From the IMG/VR virus record IMGVR_UViG_3300031134_000639: 47,473 nt of DNA, one strand, 5' to 3'. Source of the DNA: a virus (taxonomy: Duplodnaviria; Heunggongvirae; Uroviricota; Caudoviricetes). Made by a program: the position numbers and the translations under genes. Positions 35,979 to 43,122 of this stretch are shown here, piece by piece; positions within the stretch are counted from its first letter, which is position 1, and each line of letters opens with the position of its first letter. Below the pieces are notes generated by a model. That model had not been told where the DNA came from. It ran no database searches and saw nothing but the letters and a program-made list of their open reading frames with translations.

Positions 35979-36820
35979 TGTGTAGACCTAAAGAATTGGG
36001 TGGCCGTCGCTGCCCACAGCACACTGACCCTATGAAACATGCTGCGTATAACGCTCGTCGCCGCGAGTTGTACCATATAAGTAAAAATGACGTTTCTACT
36101 GCTTTTCCTCTTCTCGACTCAGTTCGGTTGAAAATGAAGGACAACAAAAAAGCTTTACAGAGGTGGACTGATGAACAGATGGAGTTCACCAAGAAAATTA
36201 ACCCAAGCTACACTCCAGAAAGCTGGGAGAGCCATCGGGATGATACTAGCAATTGGCAAGAAACACAGTCTGAAGCTGACGCAATACTTCACTACTCTGA
36301 TTATGGATACAAGCGTATTTCACGCTATTTTAACGACCAAAACTCAGGAATTGAACCTGAAGAAATAGAACCAGTCCTAAGTCAACTTGATTCTGCTTTA
36401 TCTAAAGCAGACAGGCCAGAGGAGCCTCGTTTGCTATATCGTGGGGTGCATCTGGCAGAGCTAAATAACGCGGATTGGGTTGACCGAAATTTCCCTGTCG
36501 GGAAGGTAATCAGTCAGAAGAATTATATGTCAACAAGCTTTGACCCAGAAATTGGTTTAACCTTTGCAGGAAATGGTTCTCTTGTACTAGAAATACTCAG
36601 TAAGCAAGGTGCGCCTATTGGCGAGGGGCTTTCCTACTATGGCTCCGATGAACATGAAGTCCTTATGCCTCGTGAAACAAAGTTCAAGGTGGTGGCAGTC
36701 CACCATGGAGTTTCCTTTAAAGTAAAAGATCAATCTGTTCACCAGCAAGATCAGACCCCTCACGTCACAGTCGTACAACTTGTTGACGCAGACAACGAAG
36801 AAACAGGAGAAGTAAACTGA
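35978..36820 (+). CDS. ART22: tagged mono-ADP-ribosyltransferase
   Basis: Tag; LYRG, YMSTS, DEHEVLM. Confidence 0.9.
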   Translation: MCRPKELGGRRCPQHTDPMKHAAYNARRRELYHISKNDVSTAFPLLDSVRLKMKDNKKALQRWTDEQMEFTKKINPSYTPESWESHRDDTSNWQETQSEADAILHYSDYGYKRISRYFNDQNSGIEPEEIEPVLSQLDSALSKADRPEEPRLLYRGVHLAELNNADWVDRNFPVGKVISQKNYMSTSFDPEIGLTFAGNGSLVLEILSKQGAPIGEGLSYYGSDEHEVLMPRETKFKVVAVHHGVSFKVKDQSVHQQDQTPHVTVVQLVDADNEETGEVN

Positions 36821-37671
36821 TGTGTAGGCCTAAAGAATTGGGTGGCCGTCGCTGCCCTCAACACACTGACCCCGTGAAGCATGCTGCATATAACGCGCGC
36901 CGCCGCGAACTGTACGCTGAGAAGAATACGGCTCCTGCCACTAAAGTTGAGTTTGCTCCAGCAGGTGAACTACGGGAGAACTTCCTGACTAACGAGCCTG
37001 CCCTAAAACAGTGGTTTAAGGACTCTGAAAGCTTCAGAGACAAAATCGTACCAAACTACTCTGAAAAAGAATGGCTTGAATATAGGGATGATGAAGACCT
37101 GTGGAAACCTAGCGAATCTAAACAGGATGCAGTCATGTACTACACAGACTACGGCTTCAAAGAAATCCGCCAGTATTTGAACTATTCTACACCTGAGCGT
37201 AAAGCAAACCTGGAACCTATCATGGGTTTAATTGACTCTGTACTAGCTGAAGCTGAACCACCTAAAGACCCACGAATCCTCTACCGTGGCTTAAGTCTTT
37301 CGGTGCCAGACAAAAAACAGTGGGCTGAGAAACATTTTCCTGTTGGCGGTATAGTCAGTCAGAAAAACTACATGTCTACAACATTAAATCCGATTGTCAG
37401 TATGGACTTTGCGTCAGCATTCACATGGACTGAAGGTGAAGACTCTGTAATCTTTGAAATCCTCAGTAAGCAGGGTGCACCAATCGGACCAGGTTTAGGT
37501 TACCAGAGGTTCACTGAATATGAAGTGCTGATGCCCAGGGAAACAAAGTTTAAGGTAGCAGCTATTCACCATGACGTACCGTTTGGTGCTAAAGGGCAGG
37601 ACACTGCATACAAAAATGTGCGAGCTACCGTGATTCAACTTATTGATGTTGACGAAGAAGGAGACAACTAA
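36820..37671 (+). CDS. ART23: tagged mono-ADP-ribosyltransferase
   Basis: Tag; LYRG, YMSTT, TEYEVLM. Confidence 0.9.
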   Translation: MCRPKELGGRRCPQHTDPVKHAAYNARRRELYAEKNTAPATKVEFAPAGELRENFLTNEPALKQWFKDSESFRDKIVPNYSEKEWLEYRDDEDLWKPSESKQDAVMYYTDYGFKEIRQYLNYSTPERKANLEPIMGLIDSVLAEAEPPKDPRILYRGLSLSVPDKKQWAEKHFPVGGIVSQKNYMSTTLNPIVSMDFASAFTWTEGEDSVIFEILSKQGAPIGPGLGYQRFTEYEVLMPRETKFKVAAIHHDVPFGAKGQDTAYKNVRATVIQLIDVDEEGDN

Positions 37672-38546
37672 TGTGTAGGCCTAAAGAATTGGGTGGCCGT
37701 CGCTGCCCTCAACACACTGACCCCGTGAAGCACGCTGCATATAACGCTCGCAGGCGTGAGGTTTACGCTCAGAAGAAAACGGTTTCAACTCCGGTAGACG
37801 ATGCTGTGACGCGAGCATTCCCTCCGCTTTCTGAACCACGCTCTGTCCCATCAATAGTAAACAATGAGTTAGATAATTTTTATGATGAGTCAAACGACTT
37901 TCGTGACCTCGTATGGCCTGAATATGACGAAGACGAATGGGAGTACCTGGCTAGCTCCGAAAACTGGGTTCCCGAAAATTCACCAGCTGAAGCAATTCAA
38001 CATTATACTAGCCATGGCTACAAAGAATACCGAACTTATAGTCTGGGTAAAATGAAACCTAGCAATATTATGAATGTGACCGCTCAGGCTGTTGCTCACA
38101 TGGACAATGCAATCCAAAGTTGTCCACCGCCAGCTGAGCCTAGAAGAGTCTACAGAGGACTAAGAATCCCCACTGAAATGATGGACGGCGGAAGTCCAGA
38201 AGAGTACATGGAAGAACATTTTCCTATTGGCGGGGTTGTAAGCCAAGAGAGTTTTATGTCAACAAGCTTACACCCAAATATTGCCTATGAGTTCACACGC
38301 TATGGCGCAATGAAAGACGTTCCTGTGCTGTTTGAGATTGTAAGTAAACAGGGTGCTCCTATCGGGGATGGTCTCACCACATCATCTCATGAGTATGAAG
38401 TTATCATGCCGAGGAAAGCTAAATTCAAGGTAGTTGGAGTGCATCATAACGCTAATTTCTCCGCTGTCCAAAAAACTTTCAGAGAACCAGAAACAAACAC
38501 TTACAAGAACATAACAGTCATTCAACTCATGGATGTGAGCGAATAA
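37671..38546 (+). CDS. ART24: tagged mono-ADP-ribosyltransferase
   Basis: Tag; VYRG, FMSTS, HEYEVIM. Confidence 0.9.
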   Translation: MCRPKELGGRRCPQHTDPVKHAAYNARRREVYAQKKTVSTPVDDAVTRAFPPLSEPRSVPSIVNNELDNFYDESNDFRDLVWPEYDEDEWEYLASSENWVPENSPAEAIQHYTSHGYKEYRTYSLGKMKPSNIMNVTAQAVAHMDNAIQSCPPPAEPRRVYRGLRIPTEMMDGGSPEEYMEEHFPIGGVVSQESFMSTSLHPNIAYEFTRYGAMKDVPVLFEIVSKQGAPIGDGLTTSSHEYEVIMPRKAKFKVVGVHHNANFSAVQKTFREPETNTYKNITVIQLMDVSE

Positions 38547-38555
38547 AGACTTTGC

Positions 38556-38599
38556 AGCAAAGAACCCCTGTTGATATATCAGGGGCTCTTTGCTATACT
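38556..38599 (+). terminator. Hairpin terminator closing array 2, overlapping an extended -10 promoter (TGCTATACT 38591-38599)
   Basis: agcaaagaacccctg / caggggctctttgct, one mismatch. Confidence 0.65.
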
Positions 38600-38631
38600 G
38601 GGAGATAACTACTCTACGAAAGGCAGTCAAC

Positions 38632-39243
38632 GTGGCATCACAAGTTCTTGTTAGCCCTCAGACGCCTGCTCTACGCCGTCTATTGGAGCACTTCGCCATC
38701 CCCCTCGGCCTTGTAGATAACAGAAAATCCCTAAAAGAGGTTCTTGCTCTACCAGATTCTTACTTGTACCCAATGTTCTCTCAGGGACTTGATATCCAGG
38801 ACATGATTGACAAAGTCCTACGTCCCAACTGGGTTGAGATGCTTGAGCTTGCCTATGATGAGTTAGATTCAGGCTCAGAAACTAAATTCGTTGACTTACT
38901 ACAGAAATACTCTACTGATTTGAGAGGTTACGAGTCAAGCTTTGCTAACAGCTACAGTAGAGACCATTACCGTAGAAACTTGGATTTGTATAATAAGAGA
39001 AGGTTGCTACTGAAGTTTAATCTTAAGGATGAACTTGAAAAAGCTCCCGCAGACTTTGCTCCACTGAAGTACATGTTCTTCGAATCAAGTGAGGTCGTTA
39101 TGCGAACTCTGTTGGAGACCAACTTGCGGACGCCTGTGTACGACGCTAAACACAACACATTCTCACTGGAGAAGAAGATTTACACGCACTTCAGCTATGT
39201 CCGGAAATTTGCGCGGCTCAAAACAGAACAAGGTGTGGTATAA
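38632..39243 (+). CDS. Hypothetical helical protein (possible distant member of the GxPxxY family)
   Basis: GTG 38632 after SD GAAAGG is preferred to the TTG at 38590; LALPDSYLYPM motif. Confidence 0.6.
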   Translation: MASQVLVSPQTPALRRLLEHFAIPLGLVDNRKSLKEVLALPDSYLYPMFSQGLDIQDMIDKVLRPNWVEMLELAYDELDSGSETKFVDLLQKYSTDLRGYESSFANSYSRDHYRRNLDLYNKRRLLLKFNLKDELEKAPADFAPLKYMFFESSEVVMRTLLETNLRTPVYDAKHNTFSLEKKIYTHFSYVRKFARLKTEQGVV

Positions 39244-39244
39244 T
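39234..39244 (+). promoter_or_regulatory. Extended -10 promoter TGTGG-TATAAT
   Basis: Consensus TATAAT with TG, upstream of ATG 39265. Confidence 0.6.
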
Positions 39245-39264
39245 TCTGGAGAACAGGGAGCAAA

Positions 39265-39963
39265 ATGCAAAACAACAGATGTAGGATAGAGTCTATCCTC
39301 TATGAACACGTTTCCCCATTCTTTCCTGAATATGACTTAGAAGGCGTTCCTGCCACCTATGTCGCAGCAATGAGAAGGTTTGAACTTTCACCTGTACAAA
39401 TTGCCCGAACAGTGTTTGCGCCGCAGATGGAAAAAATGCTCATAGTTGCAACAGAAGAAGCGGAACACGCTTCCGCTAGCCAGTTAGCTGAAATTTTCCC
39501 TATAGCCGAGCATTCCGCTAAAAAGCTTTCAGTTAACAACTCTTACAGCCGTCTAATGAGAAACTATATCTCACAGTTGTCTTCATCTGAGCCAATTTTC
39601 ATCCCCAAATGGGAATACGAAATAATCTTAGGGCTATCAGATGTGAAACTTGATGTTGACAAAGCTGACCTTAAAAAGCAGTTCAATCGCTTTAGGGATC
39701 TAGCAGACGATTTTGTTCCTAAAGCTAGTTCCCCAGTGTGGAATGTAGGCCAAAGAGCTTACACTCTTAAAATGTTTGATCATGCAGCTGAATCTATAGC
39801 TGGGATGCTTTTGTGTGGTGAAGTCCTGTCTTTTGAGGGTACAACACTCATTGATAGTAACTTGAAAACATACGAAGACCGTCTGAAATTGCATTTCAGA
39901 ACAGCAAAAGCCTTTGATAATCTGGCTGTGAAAAAACGTCGTCTAGCTAGAAAAGGCTTATAG
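39265..39963 (+). CDS. Hypothetical helical protein (GxPxxY family)
   Basis: ILYEHVSPFF..LEGVPATY..ELSP. Confidence 0.65.
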   Translation: MQNNRCRIESILYEHVSPFFPEYDLEGVPATYVAAMRRFELSPVQIARTVFAPQMEKMLIVATEEAEHASASQLAEIFPIAEHSAKKLSVNNSYSRLMRNYISQLSSSEPIFIPKWEYEIILGLSDVKLDVDKADLKKQFNRFRDLADDFVPKASSPVWNVGQRAYTLKMFDHAAESIAGMLLCGEVLSFEGTTLIDSNLKTYEDRLKLHFRTAKAFDNLAVKKRRLARKGL

Positions 39964-39964
39964 C

Positions 39965-40648
39965 ATGTCAGTTATTAAGAATGATGAAGCACGCGTAATT
40001 TTGTACTCTGTCTTACGCCCATATTTTGAGGAGAAACACCCAGAGTTGAAAGGCATGCCAACTGAGTACGCCTCACTGTTGGCTGTAGCAGAGATAACCC
40101 CTAAACTAGTCCATGACCAACTTATCCTTGGTCAGGTTATCCCTACACTCACAGCAGGGTTCAACGATTTCAATAGGCTGAGTGAGCTTGAGCAGGAGAA
40201 AGTTTTTGAACGGGCAGAGCAAAAGTTATCCAAAATGACAAGGCCAGCAGAAATTGTGTTCTCTTTCCCGCAGATGGCTCGCATGCTTAAATATTCTGGG
40301 GACATTACCGCCCCACATAATCCCCATGAGGTGTTCACCTCCCTTAAAAACAATCTTTTGGACACGTTTTGGGACTACAGGCCAGCTACGCCAAATGTTT
40401 CTATATCTACAGAGCACGTTGCTTTCACAATGATTATTGACAGTTTTGTTTTCAAGTATGCTTCAGCTTTGACAGTGTGCTTAAATGCGGACAATGAAGA
40501 CCGTTACATGGTTAACGCGATTAGTTGCGTCAGAAAGTTTGGAACAAGCTTTAGGTCAGTCAAGAAGTTTGTTGACGCAGACCCTTCTCTGCTTAGCAAA
40601 ATGGTTCTTCGTGATGACAAAGATTTTCCTGACCAGACCCTTTATTGA
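39965..40648 (+). CDS. Hypothetical helical protein (GxPxxY family)
   Basis: ILYSVLRPYF..LKGMPTEY..EITP. Confidence 0.65.
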   Translation: MSVIKNDEARVILYSVLRPYFEEKHPELKGMPTEYASLLAVAEITPKLVHDQLILGQVIPTLTAGFNDFNRLSELEQEKVFERAEQKLSKMTRPAEIVFSFPQMARMLKYSGDITAPHNPHEVFTSLKNNLLDTFWDYRPATPNVSISTEHVAFTMIIDSFVFKYASALTVCLNADNEDRYMVNAISCVRKFGTSFRSVKKFVDADPSLLSKMVLRDDKDFPDQTLY

Positions 40649-40669
40649 CCACAAAAATTTGTTTGAAAG

Positions 40670-40699
40670 TTGCTTTTTTAGGTACTTGTATGGTAGAAT
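40670..40699 (+). promoter_or_regulatory. Housekeeping-sigma promoter TTGCTT-N18-TAGAAT with TG extension
   Basis: -35 at 40670-40675, TGG then -10 at 40694-40699. Confidence 0.7.
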
Positions 40700-40744
40700 A
40701 GAGGTACATAAAGAGCAAACACTTAATACTATTTTGGAGTAAAT

Positions 40745-42955
40745 ATGAAGGACAATCAGCTTGTAAGGCCTACGCCAGTTCCGACTGACCATGAGACTGT
40801 GACCATGAGCATTGACGATGCCGGACTGGATATCCTCATGCACAACCTGACGAACCTCTACTCCAAGCCTAAGGAAGCCATTCTGCGTGAGTACACTGCT
40901 AACGCTTGGGATGGTCATGTGATGGCTGGCGGTGGCGCACAGCCTGTCCGTGTCAGCACCCCCACAGCTAACAGCCCTTACCTCATCATCCGTGACTTCG
41001 GCGTTGGCCTTTCCGAGGATGAGCTTAAGAACGTTTACGCCCGATACGGTGCATCAACCAAGCGTGACACTAACAAGCAGATTGGCGCGTTCGGCCTAGG
41101 AGCCAAGAGCGCCCTTGCGGTCACCGACCGTTTTGATATTGTCTCTACCAAGGACGGTATCACCAACACTGTCTACGTTGAGAAGAACGAGCGCGGCGTC
41201 GGTGTGTTCCACTTCGTTTCCAGCGAAATCACCTCCGAGCCTAACGGTGTTACCGTTAAGATTCCCATGACCAACTTTGTTGTTCCTGAGGACTTCTTCA
41301 TTGGCTGGGAAGCTGGCAGCATTTCTATCAACGGTGTTGTCAATGACACCAGTAGCGTCCACAACACTGATCTTTTCACACCTCTTCGCAACGGTGATCA
41401 GGTTCTCGGATGGATTGGCAACAACCCCCGTGACCCTTACTCTTACCCTCGCGTAATGAAGGCTGAAATCATCATGGGAGGCGTTCTCTACCCTCTCACT
41501 GATTCAGAGATGACTCAGGCTGATTTCCCTGAGTACGCTCAGCTTCGTTCCTACCACCGTGATGTTTACATGAACCTTCCCATCGGTTCTGTTGACCTGA
41601 CCCCCTCACGTGAAGGTTTGCGTTACACTGAGCGCACCAAGAAGGCCCTCAAAGTCGCTCTGACTGAGATGAAGGACCGAATTCCTTCTCTTCTGAATGC
41701 TGAGCTTCAGAAGATTGATTCACACCCTGAGGTTATCCGCTTTGTTCTTCGTGAGGCTAAGGGTGGCTTCTGGGGCCAGTCTGCTTTCCGTTGGAGGGGT
41801 GAGACTGTACCTGAGTCTATCCCTGTGGCTGATGGTACGCGCTGGATTACTCGTGAGGGAACTGCTTCGCGTCAGAAGATCACTGTTCACTCTAGCACCT
41901 CCGGCAAGATGGCTCTTCAGGAGTGGGACTCTGTAATCGGTAGCACAGTCAGGGTTGTTGAGCTTTCCGGTGAACACCAGAACAGCGACATTGTTAAGGA
42001 CTACAAGACCTACCTTGAGTGGCTTGCTAATACTGACACCAACATCACAAACAAGACCCTTGTGACAACCACAAGTGCAGACTCTAGTAGTGAGTGGGCT
42101 GAGAGCTACTTTGAGCGTGTCAGCTACGATGAGTTCCGTGCTGAGATGAAGCAGTACCGTGCTGACGTTCGTGCGGCGCTGAAAGCTGCGCGTGGGGGCG
42201 TTCCCCGCGCTAAGAAAGAGGTCACCTGGAATGTTCTTCGCAAGGATCCAAAGGATGACGTTTACACTGTCCGCACTGTGAACCAGGAAGATCTGAAGAC
42301 TGAGGAGAAAATTCTTCTTGTGCACCAGTCGCACACTAACCAGATTCTTCAGGGCATGTTCCCCTCCGCTTCACAGCTTAACGGTCAGGGTTACGCTTTC
42401 ATTAGCAACCACAAGAACACTCTTTCACTCATCACCAAGTATTTCCCTGAGTACGAGGTGATCTTCCTTCCTGGTCAGCGTAGTGCTGAGAAGTTCATGG
42501 CTTCTTTCCCTAATGCCGTGCCTGCTGCTTCGGCTCTGAAGGATAAGGCCGCTTCCCTTGTGGATGAGATTCGTATGCACAGTTCAGGGGATGACATTCT
42601 TGAGATTGTCAGAAGCAAGGACTACCGAGTTAGTGCCCAGATTGCTCGCCTCACTGAACTTTACCAGATGTTTGACGAAGCTGGTCGCCTAGGTGATTTG
42701 AGCGAAAGCACCCGTAAGAAGTTTGAGGAACTTGCTGGTCTCAGCGTCAAGAAGCCCCCGCACGTTGCACTGCACTGGTCAGGTTACTCTACCAAGAATG
42801 ACAGCAACTTGATTGCTCGTGCCAACGATGTTCACAGCTTTGTGCTTCGCTACCCGCTACTTGCTACAAGCACCAACCTTATCCGTGAGGAGAAGGAGCG
42901 AGGACTTACACACAGTCTTCTCTACATCAACGGTGTTGACAGCCTAAGCGCTTGA
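40745..42955 (+). CDS. rIIA-like protein with an N-terminal GHKL (HATPase_c/Hsp90-like) ATPase domain
   Basis: LYSKPKEAILREYTANAWD, IRDFGVGLS, YGASTK, IGAFGLGAKS, PNGVTVKIP and the later IGSVDLTPSREGLRY, a pattern typical of phage RIIA proteins. Confidence 0.8.
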   Translation: MKDNQLVRPTPVPTDHETVTMSIDDAGLDILMHNLTNLYSKPKEAILREYTANAWDGHVMAGGGAQPVRVSTPTANSPYLIIRDFGVGLSEDELKNVYARYGASTKRDTNKQIGAFGLGAKSALAVTDRFDIVSTKDGITNTVYVEKNERGVGVFHFVSSEITSEPNGVTVKIPMTNFVVPEDFFIGWEAGSISINGVVNDTSSVHNTDLFTPLRNGDQVLGWIGNNPRDPYSYPRVMKAEIIMGGVLYPLTDSEMTQADFPEYAQLRSYHRDVYMNLPIGSVDLTPSREGLRYTERTKKALKVALTEMKDRIPSLLNAELQKIDSHPEVIRFVLREAKGGFWGQSAFRWRGETVPESIPVADGTRWITREGTASRQKITVHSSTSGKMALQEWDSVIGSTVRVVELSGEHQNSDIVKDYKTYLEWLANTDTNITNKTLVTTTSADSSSEWAESYFERVSYDEFRAEMKQYRADVRAALKAARGGVPRAKKEVTWNVLRKDPKDDVYTVRTVNQEDLKTEEKILLVHQSHTNQILQGMFPSASQLNGQGYAFISNHKNTLSLITKYFPEYEVIFLPGQRSAEKFMASFPNAVPAASALKDKAASLVDEIRMHSSGDDILEIVRSKDYRVSAQIARLTELYQMFDEAGRLGDLSESTRKKFEELAGLSVKKPPHVALHWSGYSTKNDSNLIARANDVHSFVLRYPLLATSTNLIREEKERGLTHSLLYINGVDSLSA

Positions 42956-42969
42956 CTAGTTAAGTAGAC

Positions 42970-43016
42970 AAACCAGTTGGGGTACAGACTTCTAAAGTCT
43001 GTACCCCAACTGGTTT
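42970..43016. terminator. Inverted repeat (22-bp perfect arms, 3-nt loop) after the rIIA-like gene
   Basis: aaaccagttggggtacagactt / aagtctgtaccccaactggttt. Confidence 0.8.
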
Positions 43017-43108
43017 TCTGGGTTGGAAGCAAAAAAGGTGATTTTAACTCATTAAGCATGATTTGATGACATTTTGACTAAAACAAATAACATTTTGAGT
43101 GTGTAAGT

Positions 43109-43114
43109 CCGATA
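43109..43114 (+). promoter_or_regulatory. CCGATA motif 8 nt before ATG (leaderless)
   Basis: gtCCGATAgacgttgcATG. Confidence 0.6.
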
Positions 43115-43122
43115 GACGTTGC

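Larger units (their letters stand above)
28427..38546 (+). repeat. Tandem array 2 of tagged ADP-ribosyltransferase paralogs (11 genes)
   Basis: 11 consecutive ORFs with the MCR..GGRRC tag and R-S-ExE motifs. Confidence 0.95.

Noticed and set aside
84-38546. CRISPR array or other non-coding repeat explanation for the ~100-bp repeat recurring every ~0.9 kb
   Set aside because: The repeats are in-frame coding starts of long ORFs with mostly synonymous variation; the spacing is gene-sized and no cas genes are present
84-38546. DarTG-like DNA ADP-ribosylation toxin-antitoxin system or MuF-fused polymorphic toxins
   Set aside because: The cores are C2/C3/VIP2-type with ExE; there is no macrodomain or NADAR antitoxin, no MuF-sized N-terminal domain and no interspersed immunity genes
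54-38630. Many short antisense or alternate-frame ORFs in the track over the ART tags and cores (e.g. 54-242, 2826-3155, 4544-4801, 5648-5941, 29200-29544)
   Set aside because: They are shadows of the conserved sense-strand sequence, recur at equivalent positions for that reason, and lack SD or recognisable features
38590-38631. TTG start at 38590 given in the ORF track
   Set aside because: It overlaps the terminator hairpin and the -10 element; GTG 38632 has a proper SD
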